A stretch of 63,473 nucleotides of DNA, the filler included, from Octopus bimaculoides (taxonomy: Eukaryota): NCBI RefSeq assembly GCF_001194135.2. It is 4 parts of 3 records of this genome, joined end to end, with 100 filler letters (N's around TTAATTAATTAA, not from the genome) between each part and the next. Parts side by side here need not be neighbours in the genome. Positions count along the whole stretch, not along the records: positions 43,338 to 57,079 come from NC_068988.1; positions 57,180 to 63,473 come from NW_026369488.1; 2 more parts are not named here. One strand, given 5' to 3'. Every line of letters starts with the position of its first letter. The stretch's first letter is position 1. Of this stretch, positions 50,643-63,435 are shown piece after piece. The notes under the pieces were generated by a model that was given only the letters and a program-made list of their open reading frames with translations, did no database searches and was not told the origin of the DNA. A program made the translations under genes and the position numbers.

Positions 50643-51589
50643 NNNNNNNNNNNNNNNNNNNNNNNNNNNNNNNNNNNNNNNNNNNNNNNNNNNNNNNNNN
50701 NNNNNNNNNNNNNNNNNNNNNNNNNNNNNNNNNNNNNNNNNNNNNNNNNNNNNNNNNNNNNNNNNNNNNNNNNNNNNNNNNNNNNNNNNNNNNNNNNNNN
50801 NNNNNNNNNNNNNNNNNNNNNNNNNNNNNNNNNNNNNNNNNNNNNNNNNNNNNNNNNNNNNNNNNNNNNNNNNNNNNNNNNNNNNNNNNNNNNNNNNNNN
50901 NNNNNNNNNNNNNNNNNNNNNNNNNNNNNNNNNNNNNNNNNNNNNNNNNNNNNNNNNNNNNNNNNNNNNNNNNNNNNNNNNNNNNNNNNNNNNNNNNNNN
51001 NNNNNNNNNNNNNNNNNNNNNNNNNNNNNNNNNNNNNNNNNNNNNNNNNNNNNNNNNNNNNNNNNNNNNNNNNNNNNNNNNNNNNNNNNNNNNNNNNNNN
51101 NNNNNNNNNNNNNNNNNNNNNNNNNNNNNNNNNNNNNNNNNNNNNNNNNNNNNNNNNNNNNNNNNNNNNNNNNNNNNNNNNNNNNNNNNNNNNNNNNNNN
51201 NNNNNNNNNNNNNNNNNNNNNNNNNNNNNNNNNNNNNNNNNNNNNNNNNNNNNNNNNNNNNNNNNNNNNNNNNNNNNNNNNNNNNNNNATATATATATAT
51301 ATATATATATATATAACAAAGATGTACGCGTGTCAATTTATTTTGGCTGTTTCAAGCGGCTCCATTTAATTGATTAATGAAAACATTACATCAATAATAG
51401 AAACCAAAATATTTACATTGTTTCCTTTTGTTGTAACAGTGGCAGAATAAGTTTAGAAAATAATGCATACCAGGTTAAGTCTTTTGATATTCAATATTCA
51501 AATAATATTGTTGGGGTGTGCAAATTATACCGAACTAGCAAGGTGCCTCAATTTAAGTAACTAATCCGAATGAATCTTAATTATATATC

Positions 51590-51780
51590 ATGATAGATCG
51601 CTCGCCACTAAATCTTTTTTTATTTTCTTTCGCTGTTTATTTCTATGTTTCTTTCTGTCGAAGAGCGTAGGCTCGAAACGTAAAAGACTTTCTTACTTCC
51701 CGAGCGTTAAACTAATACATCTGTTTGTTGTTTACACACCCGTCTTCGTCTTTTGTTGTTTTTCGTAAATTCTCACTATA
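51590..51780 (+). mobile_element. Penelope-like pLTR relic with hammerhead-like motif
   Basis: tcttt-CTGtcGA-a-GAGCgtagGCTC-GAAAC-GTA-aaaga (51650-87). Homologous to 5225-5400. Confidence 0.65.
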
Positions 51781-51785
51781 CATAC

Positions 51786-51824
<39 letters not shown>

Positions 51825-51869
51825 TGTGTGTGTGTAGTGACCATCCCGAAATACAATATATATATATAT

Positions 51870-52017
51870 TCTTTCTTTTACTTGTTTTAGTCATTTGACT
51901 ACGGCCATGATGGAGCACTGTCTTTAAGGGTCTTTTAGTCCAAACAAATCGACCTTAGGACTTATTCTTTGTAAGCCTAGTACATATTCTATCTGTCCTT
52001 ATTCTATTTGCTGAACC
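51870..52017 (-). mobile_element. SINE family B/C tail module
   Basis: Homologous to 43680-43810. Confidence 0.85.
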
Positions 52018-52395
52018 NNNNNNNNNNNNNNNNNNNNNNNNNNNNNNNNNNNNNNNNNNNNNNNNNNNNNNNNNNNNNNNNNNNNNNNNNNNNNNNNNNN
52101 NNNNNNNNNNNNNNNNNNNNNNNNNNNNNNNNNNNNNNNNNNNNNNNNNNNNNNNNNNNNNNNNNNNNNNNNNNNNNNNNNNNNNNNNNNNNNNNNNNNN
52201 NNNNNNNNNNNNNNNNNNNNNNNNNNNNNNNNNNNNNNNNNNNNNNNNNNNNNNNNNNNNNNNNNNNNNNNNNNNNNNNNNNNNNNNNNNNNNNNNNNNN
52301 NNNNNNNNNNNNNNNNNNNNNNNNNNNNNNNNNNNNNNNNNNNNNNNNNNNNNNNNNNNNNNNNNNNNNNNNNNNNNNNNNNNNNNNNNNNNNNN

Positions 52396-52433
<38 letters not shown>

Positions 52434-53193
52434 TGTTCAGTTTTTTTTTGTCTGGTGGTAGGGTATGCAGTAATACCTTTTATTAGGCCCGAGACGTGTG
52501 AGATCGATCCAGTTAATGTTATCTGTTCAATGATTATACATAAGTACGCATATACGTATTCAATATATATAATGTATACAATATGGCTGTTCCTTTACAT
52601 GGACTTTAGAAAAAGCAACTAAAAACATTTGCAACTAGCAATAAAAACGTCAGTTGCACAGATACGTACGTACGTCTGCGCGTCCGTAATAGTAAGTGTA
52701 CATACATACATCCAAACTAATACGGACTACAGTGTGTCCTTAGTAGTTTCGATTTGTGTGTATATATATATATATGTATATATATATTATGTGCGTGTGT
52801 CTGTCTCTGTGCGTCTGTGTGAGTGTGTTCGCACGCTTATGTGCATATATCTTTTTTGTGTATATATTGGTAGAGTATCATTTTTTAAAGTAGCTTATAT
52901 ACCGAAGAAGGCAGCATGCGCTGATACATACGTGCGAGTGCATAAAACATATATGTTATAAATGCGTGAGAAAGTACAAATTATCAATGGGTTAAAGAAT
53001 TGGAATAATCAACGAAAATAACTGCGTTGAAATCAAAGCCCAAGCGAAATATTAAAATACATACATACATACATGCATAAAATACATACATGCATACATG
53101 CATACATACATACATACATATATGTGTATACATATATATTTATATACATGCGTATAGATAGATAGATAGACACGAACATGTATACAGACAGAC

Positions 53194-53257
<64 letters not shown>

Positions 53258-55194
53258 NNNNNNNNNNNNNNNNNNNNNNNNNNNNNNNNNNNNNNNNNNN
53301 NNNNNNNNNNNNNNNNNNNNNNNNNNNNNNNNNNNNNNNNNNNNNNNNNNNNNNNNNNNNNNNNNNNNNNNNNNNNNNNNNNNNNNNNNNNNNNNNNNNN
53401 NNNNNNNNNNNNNNNNNNNNNNNNNNNNNNNNNNNNNNNNNNNNNNNNNNNNNNNNNNNNNNNNNNNNNNNNNNNNNNNNNNNNNNNNNNNNNNNNNNNN
53501 NNNNNNNNNNNNNNNNNNNNNNNNNNNNNNNNNNNNNNNNNNNNNNNNNNNNNNNNNNNNNNNNNNNNNNNNNNNNNNNNNNNNNNNNNNNNNNNNNNNN
53601 NNNNNNNNNNNNNNNNNNNNNNNNNNNNNNNNNNNNNNNNNNNNNNNNNNNNNNNNNNNNNNNNNNNNNNNNNNNNNNNNNNNNNNNNNNNNNNNNNNNN
53701 NNNNNNNNNNNNNNNNNNNNNNNNNNNNNNNNNNNNNNNNNNNNNNNNNNNNNNNNNNNNNNNNNNNNNNNNNNNNNNNNNNNNNNNNNNNNNNNNNNNN
53801 NNNNNNNNNNNNNNNNNNNNNNNNNNNNNNNNNNNNNNNNNNNNNNNNNNNNNNNNNNNNNNNNNNNNNNNNNNNNNNNNNNNNNNNNNNNNNNNNNNNN
53901 NNNNNNNNNNNNNNNNNNNNNNNNNNNNNNNNNNNNNNNNNNNNNNNNNNNNNNNNNNNNNNNNNNNNNNNNNNNNNNNNNNNNNNNNNNNNNNNNNNNN
54001 NNNNNNNNNNNNNNNNNNNNNNNNNNNNNNNNNNNNNNNNNNNNNNNNNNNNNNNNNNNNNNNNNNNNNNNNNNNNNNNNNNNNNNNNNNNNNNNNNNNN
54101 NNNNNNNNNNNNNNNNNNNNNNNNNNNNGGTGGGGAGGGAGGATGCCTGATTCAGATTTTATTATGTATTTCTTCCATAATTTTGTTTTTGTATATCATT
54201 ACTTTTGACTTCTTATATTTTCGGAAAATGTCATTAGCATAAATGAGAGAATATGTGTGTATATAGTTGTGAGTGTGTGCGTGTGTATGTGTATGTGTTT
54301 GCGTGTGTGTATGTGTGTGTGTGTGCGCGCGTGCGTGCGTGTGTGAGCCTTGAACCAGCAGGTTTATGTGATCAAATTGTTCTATCCGTAATCATCTTGA
54401 TTTAAAACATTGTTTCATTTTTTTATTACTTTTCATGACAGTGAATTAAAAGACCATTTTACAAGGCACCCTATTGTGTTTTACATTTTAGAGTGGTGAA
54501 CTGATTTAAATATTTCTGACCATTTATGTCTCACATTTATAGAGGTAATGCATATTTTCTTATGATTTCTAAATATTGCGCTTATGTACCAAGTTGTTAA
54601 CCAGTTGTTCCTTGTATTTTATTACTCCTTTTTCAGTCGTGTACAACTAATTGTATGTTTTGATTTAATAGATACGCTAAATGAACATTTTTTTAAAATA
54701 AGTATTAGTCTAATTTAGCCATGGATAGCTATACAATGTTACTCCTGTTATCAGGTTTCTTTTTATAAAGTTTTATACAGGTGTGAATAATTATTAAACA
54801 TTAAATACCATATGCTTGACAGCTCTCATAGTTACTTTTGTCTAGAAATTTTAAAGATTCTATGGTAGCGTGCATGTCAAAATAGAAAAAAAAATCTTTC
54901 ATCTATAAAACATGTTATGTTATGGCTTATATACGTCTACAAAATGTGATACATACATATATCCACACACTCACACACACACACACACACACATACATAC
55001 ACTTGTGAAGAGAGATAAGAAGGGAATAAACTTTTCCATGCGAGAATAATATAAAGAAAGGAGAGTATTTGATGTACTAACTGGGAATAATTTTTGTTCT
55101 GCGTAATTCTATGCTTGACAATTAATTAACATTGTATTTCTTTTAGTTCTTAGAATTGGTTATTCCCCTTTTCTAAATTCGAAACATATTCTTC

Positions 55195-56930
55195 TTCTAA
55201 ATTGTTTCGGGGTGTTTTGATTGCGTGAGGCATATAGTAAGCGAATCTGTTCGATTGTACCGAACGTTAGTTTCCATGTTTGTGTCTTTTTCATAATTAA
55301 CATATCCAGGAATGGTTGTTGATAATAACTGTATTCAATTGTGAAGTGTAATTATTAATTAGTGTAATTATTAATTAGTGCTTTGAAATCATTAAATTAG
55401 TCAAGACCATAAGTCCACAGATATTACCTATTTAGGTAATATCTTCAATTTTGTATAGGTATTTGTGGAAGTTGATGGTAAATATTAGTTTAGATTGTTG
55501 ATACATTTGTATCTCTAGGTATGCTATGATTATATTACTTTCTACTCTAGGCACAATGACTGAAATTTTGGGGGAGGAGACCAGCCGATTACACAACTGG
55601 TACTTAATTTATCGACTCCGAAAGGATGAAAGGCAAAGTCGACCTCAGCGGATGCTATGATAATATTAATATAAGTAGGGGCATCCTTAGTTCCCATCAC
55701 ATTCCCAGATATATGTTTGTAAATGCAGCCATTGAATTGAAAAAAATATATTCTATGAAATAAAATGTGTTCCGTCAGTAATTAGGGTTTTTCTCTATTC
55801 GGTCTGGGATATCATTGGGAATTTTTTAAAGCCAGAATGCTATGTCTTCCTGTCCTTAATCATATGGTATAGTTGTATATTTCATGTTTGCCACATTAAA
55901 TGATACAATAATGTTGTTTTGTCAACTTTTATATATATTTTTTTTTAATTGGTTAAGTATATACTTCAGAAAGGGTTTCAGCAGTAGCTCTACACAGTTG
56001 CTGGATCAGTGCGTCTCTCAATTTGGTTCCGCTTCAATTGGTTTTAATTTAAGATCATATGGTTCTGGTATGTTGATAAATGTTAAAATTTTCTCTCTCT
56101 TCAAGCATTGTATATTGTCTTGGTCTTATGAATTTTGAGGAGTCCGCATAAATTGCTGTTTTTGCTTTCAAGGTAATCATACTCCTTGTCTATTAAACCT
56201 TTTCGGTGTAGAAGAATGAAGGTGCTAATATTTTTCATGATTTATAATAATTGGTAATCGTTTAATTTTTCATAATAATTAATGTTTTGTAATAGGGATA
56301 ATGTGGAGTTTTTTTAATAACTTCCAATTCCTTTCAGTTGGTGTTGGATTTTAGTTTGGGAAGTGGTACGACATGGGGACGTAGATATAAAATCAGAAAA
56401 TTTATCTAATGCTTTGTTCCTGCCTTTTGTTGGGTTGTAACTGCTTTTATTCTGTGCAATTGATTCATCATTGTTTTCTTTGTTAAATAATTATTCTGTA
56501 AGGCGTAATTTTCACCAGAAGTGTGATATATCGTTCTATATCTCATGGAAATTGTGGATCCTGGGGTACTGAAGAGAATTTTAAACCCTTCCGGACTTGG
56601 ATTTGTTGCATTGATATTTTTCTTGTACGAAAGTTTGATTACTATCTGTTTCTCAAATTCTGCTTTTATCAGCTGGTGTTGCGGATTTTGTCGACTGAGC
56701 TAGAAAAAAATTATCCTTTGGTTTGCTTTCAGTTGGTGTGTCTGTATTTATTGGTATTTTTTCTGTTATTGAAGTTTCCTCGTGGCTGGGTTCGTACTTA
56801 GATCCAAATTGTGTATATTGAAACTTTTGTTACCGTCAAGTTTTGGGTTCTTCAAATGTGGTTGACATGTTGTCAAAGAATCCTTGAATTCATGCTATTG
56901 TTTTTGTAACCGCGATGATGAAAGTGTAGC
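55195..56930 (-). mobile_element. Penelope-like element ORF relic (N-terminal region plus RT), heavily degenerate, GIY-YIG domain not seen
   Basis: Minus-strand motifs in order: KGLKFS, LIDKEYDYL, SNLCGLLKIHK, DLKLKPI, LLLKPFLKY, YTTIPYD.G..IAFWL, FQFNGCIYKHISGNVMGTKDAPTY, AYLE, PFLDMLI, ETNVRYNRTDS, KHP. Confidence 0.87.
55538..55651 (-). mobile_element. 5'-truncated SINE family A nested in the Penelope RT, 17-bp TSD
   Basis: atgctatgattatatta (55521-37) and atgctatgataatatta (55652-68) differ at one position. Confidence 0.9.
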
Positions 56931-57047
56931 TTTTTCAATTTGTGTATGAGTATGTATATTTGTGTGTCTGTGAGTTTGTGCATGATTGTGAGATTGTGTG
57001 TGTGTGTGTATGTGTGTGTGTGTGTATGTGTGTGTGTATGTGTGTGT

Positions 57048-57079
<32 letters not shown>

Positions 57080-57179
57080 NNNNNNNNNNNNNNNNNNNNN
57101 NNNNNNNNNNNNNNNNNNNNNNNTTAATTAATTAANNNNNNNNNNNNNNNNNNNNNNNNNNNNNNNNNNNNNNNNNNNN

Positions 57180-57291
57180 CACACCCTGCCGGAGCAATAT
57201 GGAGCTTTAGGTGTTTTCGCTCAATAAACACTCACAACGCCTGGTCTGGGAATCGAAACCGCGATCCTACGATCGAGAGTCCGCTGCCCTC

Positions 57292-57296
<5 letters not shown>
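57180..57296 (-). mobile_element. tRNA-derived SINE head, family E
   Basis: Minus strand tagtggagggcagcggactc...ggtttcgattccc (A and B boxes) is followed by a non-tRNA body. Confidence 0.75.
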
Positions 57297-57346
<50 letters not shown>

Positions 57347-57410
57347 TACACACACACAAAGGGGTGCTGAAAAGTTCCTGGCTTTAAGGGTATCACGAAA
57401 GGCCTGGTTG

Positions 57411-57870
57411 AAGGTGTGAATTGAGGGAAATCTAGTTGGTATTTCTAGCAGGTCTAGTTAACATATAGCGGTCGCCCTGGTTGACTAATGCATGTTTTCA
57501 TACGTAAGACAGTAGGGTTGTAATATGAGTGACAGTTATTTGGCTGCTATTTCTAACACATCTAGCTTCCATGTTGATGTATCACTCATTGACTCATACA
57601 TACGCATATACCTACTTACTTAAGACAGAAGGGTTTGATTTGAGGGAGATTTGGCTGCTATTTCTAGCAGATATACGTACCATGTAAAGGTCTCCTTCAT
57701 TGGATCATACATACATATATACATACGTAAAACAGTAGGAGGTGATTTGAGGGAGGTTAGGCTGCTATTTCTACTAGGTTTCGCTATCACATAGAAGTCT
57801 CCCCCACCCCCATTGGAACATATATACATAAGAGAGTAAGGTATGATTTGACTGCTATTTCTGTTGGACG
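57411..57870 (+). repeat. Degenerate five-unit array, ~108-bp period
   Basis: Core (ttgagggaga)tttggctgctatttcta. The tatttct word starts at 57440, 57548, 57659, 57766 and 57856. Confidence 0.85.
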
Positions 57871-58153
57871 GTGCTACCATGTAGCGGAGAAGAAGAAGAA
57901 GAAGAAGAAGAAGAAGGGTGGATTATGATACTGATGATGATGATCAAAGTGATGGCGGGACGATAAAGTCGGTGGTGGTGGGCGTTGATGATGATGATGA
58001 TTGCAATAATAATGGAATGTTCGCCATTCCAGACGTTTCTGCAGATAACCAAGTGGTTCCAGATGACAACAGACGATTACCAGAACACTTACAGCATCTG
58101 TATGTATGTAGGTAAGTATGTGTGTGTAGGAGTGTATGCATGCATATGTGTGA

Positions 58154-58209
<56 letters not shown>

Positions 58210-58471
58210 TTATACATATAAACATATATACACATATATATATACAAATATACATACATATACATATATATACATACATATACATATATATACACATATA
58301 TATATATTCATATATATGTACACATATGCATATATATACACATATACATATATATGTACACATATGCATATATATACATATACATATATATGTACACATG
58401 CATATATATACATATACATATTCATATACATATATATATACACATATACATGTATATATATATACATATAT

Positions 58472-58504
<33 letters not shown>

Positions 58505-58972
58505 NNNNNNNNNNNNNNNNNNNNNNNNNNNNNNNNNNNNNNNNNNNNNNNNNNNNNNNNNNNNNNNNNNNNNNNNNNNNNNNNNNNNNNNNNNNNNNNN
58601 NNNNNNNNNNNNNNNNNNNNNNNNNNNNNNNNNNNNNNNNNNNNNNNNNNNNNNNNNNNNNNNNNNNNNNNNNNNNNNNNNNNNNNNNNNNNNNNNNNNN
58701 NNNNNNNNNNNNNNNNNNNNNNNNNNNNNNNNNNNNNNNNNNNNNNNNNNNNNNNNNNNNNNNNNNNNNNNNNNNNNNNNNNNNNNNNNNNNNNNNNNNN
58801 NNNNNNNNNNNNNNNNNNNNNNNNNNNNNNNNNNNNNNNNNNNNNNNNNNNNNNNNNNNNNNNNNNNNNNNNNNNNNNNNNNNNNNNNNNNNNNNNNNAA
58901 ATTTCTTTAACTACTTATATAGAAACATATAAGCATACATACATACACATACATATATGTGTGGTGTGCCTA

Positions 58973-59026
<54 letters not shown>

Positions 59027-59721
59027 TGAATATAAAAATATACACACACAATTCTATGTGTACAGACGCATATATATATTTTTTGATGAGCACCACCATG
59101 CACACATGGCTGTATGTACACATATATACACACACACACACAGACGCACATTACACAAGCATGTCTATAATGCTGTTTGTGTCATTTGTCTGATTACCCG
59201 AGAATATGTGCGTTTAGGGGCTGGGTGTACGGGGTAGCTATGGGATGAAAAGTACAAAATAATTAACTGGCAACGTAATTAAATTCTAATTATGAAGGAA
59301 TTTAAAAGCGGAGACAAACGGGATTTATATTTATAATTATATATATATATATAGATGAGTGTATATCTATGAATGTGTGCATATGTGTTTGCATGCATGC
59401 GTATATTAACACATACATACATACATACATATATGTACGTATGCAAAACATGCATGCGTATTTGCACTTTTGTGTATATATATAGATATGTGTATATATA
59501 TATGTATATGTATGTATTGTATATATTTGTCATAATCATTATATATATGTATAAGATATACGTGCGTGTGCGTGCGAGCACGTGTACATGAGTGAGTGCA
59601 GTTACTTGTATGTTTAACTGAGTGTGTGTGTGCGTGTGCGCGTAACTATATGATTATAACGTGTATGCACGTCTGCAATTCTGGAATCTACCTCGGACCA
59701 AACAAAACATGCGCGTATATA

Positions 59722-59782
<61 letters not shown>

Positions 59783-59837
59783 NNNNNNNNNNGTGTGTTC
59801 ATCTATATATATGTGTGTGTATGTGCTTATATATATA

Positions 59838-59886
<49 letters not shown>

Positions 59887-60599
59887 ATATGTATAAGTGT
59901 ACTCTTGCTTGTGTGTACAGCGTCCTTCAGAACAAACAAGACATGCAAATACGTTCTTGTAAAATGCATACTAATTAAATCACATGGAATTATATACGTA
60001 AACACACACACAGACACTCACAAATGTTATTTATAATTAACATGTATTTATATACAAGCTGACATAGAGAAATACTATATGCAATTAACATTTGTGGATA
60101 CATATTTTCAATTTAGAAATCTATACAGACCCACCCTGATATTCAGATAAAGAATTTTCGCTCAAAATTTTAATTTATCAATAATCATCGAGCGTATAAA
60201 TATATATATATATATATATATANNNNNNNNNNCTGTGTGTGTGTGTGTGTGTGTGTTTGTGCATATGCAGAGAGAGAGAGACGTGGAGGGCGGGTGACAC
60301 CTATTAAGACAGTTTTACTTCAAGTTAGAATAAATTTCCTTTGAAAATTTTGGTTTATACATACACATATATAATTATATATATATGTATATATACATAT
60401 ATACATACATATACATACACAAATATATATATATATATATATATACACATACGCGTATATGTACATTTCCATACTTACAAACACACACACTACACTCACG
60501 CATATCTATATACATATATATTCTTATATATGCATGTACAAATTCACTCTCATATAAACACTAAGAGATAAACTTATGTAGAAATATATATATTTATAT

Positions 60600-60655
60600 A
60601 TTTGAACAGTCCCATGGGTCCCCGCGGTCGATATCGACCACTTTGGAGAGCCCTG
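60600..60655. mobile_element. Possible hAT-type non-autonomous element terminus
   Basis: Ends actttggagagccctg (CAGGG-type TIR) with the subterminal palindrome ggtcgatatcgacc (60626-39). No partner end was found. Confidence 0.3.
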
Positions 60656-60754
60656 GTCTAAAACAAAGGAAAAAGGGGTTGTTCGCAATTATTATTATTT
60701 GCCTGACGCTGAAAAATGTAAACGGAAGTAATGAAGTGAAAGTCGTTTAGTAAA

Positions 60755-60792
60755 AGTATAACGTTTCGAATATTGTCCTTCGTCAGATGAGA
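60755..60792 (-). ncRNA. Minimal hammerhead motif, Penelope pLTR-like, probably decayed
   Basis: Minus strand cat-CTGACGA-aggacaatattc-GAAAC-GTT-ata. The core is canonical but stems I and II have only about 2 bp. Confidence 0.4.
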
Positions 60793-61704
60793 AAAAAAGA
60801 AAGTGGAAAATATTAGAAAACGCGTTCCAGTATACTATTACTGGAATGAAAAAAAAAAAAAAGGTATGAACTAATGAATTGAAACAAAACAGTTTGGCAG
60901 TTAAGAAAAATAACAATAATATGATTTCGTAATTCGTAGAAAAGGAATGATACACAATCATTTCTACAATGAGAACGATATTACCTGAAACGATGGCCCT
61001 ATGTATGTTCGAGAAAATATTAATAATAGTATTTAGAAATATTTTAAAGGTATTTTTTGGCTGGAGATGGTATTCTCACAGATGGTTTCTTTACCTTAAT
61101 ATTTTATTCATCGGAGCTTGTTTAATGAAATTGAACACGCACACATACACTCAAACGCGCGCGCACGCGCAATATTATGAATGAAGTAGCATGCGTCAGA
61201 CAAGTGAAGTTACCGGATGGTTTCATGTAAATCCAGATCTTAAGCAATAAGCACGAGCGAACGATCGTCAGATTTGTGACCAGAATAATTTATAGCAACA
61301 GATTTTTTTTTTTTTTGAGTTTTTGCTCTGAAGATGCAAAAGAATTAATATCAACACAGAGTGAAATCTTATGGTAAGAAACAAAATGCTCGTGTTCAGT
61401 AAAACCGAAACAAAATCCGGTGAAGCCCCGGCGTTAAATTGTGTGTGTGTGTGAGAACACGCTTGTATGTGCATGTGTGTGTGTGTGTGTGTGTGTGTTA
61501 AACGCCAATAATGAAAAATGCTACGGCAAAATTTTTTTAAAAACTGATAAAAACGCAAACAGAAATTTCTCAAATGTTCTTTTTTTTTTCTTTCTTAAAA
61601 ATACGTGTAACATATCAAAAAGCTTCAATATTCAGCGCAATAAATAGAATTTAAATCCGATCAAATCAATAAAAATCAATAGAAAACCATCAATCAATAT
61701 TATA

Positions 61705-61832
61705 CAGGGTGTCCACAAAGTCTGGATACCTGGAGTAAATAAAATCATAGCATAAACAATCAAATATAAAATACAATAATTTCTTAAAGTATGTGTTAAA
61801 TCCCCATGTACCCAGACTTTGTGGACACCCTG
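61705..61832. mobile_element. Tc1/mariner-type MITE, 128 bp
   Basis: TA TSD. Perfect 21-bp TIR cagggtgtccacaaagtctgg, extendable to 29 bp with 2 mismatches. Confidence 0.93.
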
Positions 61833-61879
61833 TACAATGTTCTAATATAACATACAAATTCAAGAACAATATATATATG

Positions 61880-62053
61880 TAGTAATCCCTCGACTATCAC
61901 GGGTGTTACGTTTCAATATACTGTACTGTATATATATATATATTTTTTTTTTAATAATTTGTATATATTAATTTTATTATAAATGCAAAACAACACCATG
62001 GAGGATTCAACGTAAGCTTAAATAATGGACCGCGATATGGCGAAGGATTACTG
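61880..62053. mobile_element. Tigger/pogo-like MITE, internally deleted copy
   Basis: (t)agtaatccctcgactatcacggg ... ccgcgatatggcgaaggattactg|TA. Homologous to 48549-48761. Confidence 0.82.
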
Positions 62054-62279
62054 TATATGTAAATATTTATATGTAAATATATATATATAAAAAAAAAAAC
62101 GAATCGAAGCTCGGATTCGAAACCGGAAGGCTGAAAGACAAATTTCAAACGATATCCAAATGTGTCACCTACCTGATCGACATGTATCATGTGACTCCAG
62201 GTGTCCTAGAATGAAAAGAAAAGAAGAAAAATCGTAAGATTATTGTTTTAAAATACGATTATTATGAACAAACTAAACA

Positions 62280-62375
62280 CAGGTGGCTCAACAAGAAAGT
62301 ACTGGGTTCGATCCAAGGCAGTGCCCCAGCATGGCCGCAGTCTAATGACTGAAACAAGCAAAAGAATAAAAGATT
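62280..62375 (+). mobile_element. SINE tail fragment
   Basis: aagtactgggttcgat...gtgccccagcatggccgcagtctaatgactgaaacaag(aaaaga)n. Confidence 0.75.
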
Positions 62376-62793
62376 CAAAATATATAAAACGACCAACTGA
62401 TCTCATTCAAATTATATTCCACATTTGTTTTTCTTTTCTAGGCATTATGTAAAATCAGAGGAAGTTTTTATCTACTGATTGCATGGAGAACTGGAGCCAT
62501 TCGAAGCCCTTTTCGGCGCTCTATTTAACAAAACATGACAACCAACCGCATTAATAACTTCCTATGAAAATCAGAAGTCACGAACCTCGAGCAACATCCA
62601 AGCGTTTTAAACTAGATCGTATTTTATAGACCCTTTCAAAACGAAAGAAGACAAATGACGTGACTGAGGATCGAACTCAGAATTTAAAAGATGAGAACAA
62701 CTGCCTCGAAGACATTTTCTCTGAAGATTTACCGACACTACTTTCAGGATTCCAGGCCTTTATTAGATCTGTCCATTGCGTGTTCTTTAAATA

Positions 62794-63047
62794 TTGGGTT
62801 GGTGCATAATTATTGCGGGTTTTTTTCAACAAATTTTATTGAACAAAAACAATAACAACATGTAACAAAAGCATCTTTAAAGAATTATTCCGGAGCATAT
62901 TCACCATCTACTTCAATTACTGCTTCCCATTTGCTTGGCAGGACGGTTAGGATAATCATTTAAAGATGTTTTTGTTAAATATTGTTATTGTTTTTCTTGA
63001 ATAAAATTTGTTGAAAAAAAAGCCACAATGATTATGAACCAACCCAA
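62794..63047 (-). mobile_element. Mariner internal-deletion derivative (254 bp) retaining the transposase C-terminus
   Basis: TA TSD and ~45-bp imperfect TIRs beginning ttgggttggtgcataattattgcgg. Minus strand LPSKWEAVIEVDGEYAPE* (62885-62941) matches the mariner C-terminal LP.RW..V...G.Y motif. Confidence 0.92.
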
Positions 63048-63435
63048 TATATTGGGGCATGCGCAGTGTGAGGGTTTGGCACGGATGTTGTTGCACGTAA
63101 GCGCTTATAATATGTATGTGAGGGTGTTTGTTTATGTTCATGCATGTATGTACAGATGGGTAGGTGTCAATGTGTGGACGAGTCTGCTTGTGTGTGAGTG
63201 TCAGCATGAATTTATATATATATATGCGTGCGTGTGTGTGTGAGAGAGAGAGAGAGATTTTACTTTTATACTACAGTGTAAATATATATTTACCTTTATG
63301 TAAATACACCTGCGTATGATTTTGTGTACTTATCTATATATAGACACCTATATTTCTCTATGTATATATATATATAAACTGCGTCTGTATATATTTAATA
63401 ACATTTATGTACAGGTGTAGGTATTTGTATTGTTA

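Noticed and set aside
57180-57296. Bona fide tRNA genes at SINE heads (also 16292, 31267, 39158, 44898)
   Set aside because: A and B boxes are present but the acceptor stems are incomplete and the sequence continues into repeat bodies.
57358-57412. ggggtgctgaaaagttcctggcttt as a mariner-like TIR end
   Set aside because: The resemblance is from memory only; no partner TIR or TA TSD is visible in the window.
57411-57870. CRISPR array interpretation of the 108-bp periodic repeat
   Set aside because: Eukaryotic context, degenerate and variable repeats, spacers of about 80 bp, and no cas genes.
1862-59029. Long ORF-track entries containing X runs or [12 protein letters not shown], poly-I, poly-N and poly-L
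   Set aside because: They are artefacts of N gaps and di- or trinucleotide microsatellites, which lack stop codons in some frames.
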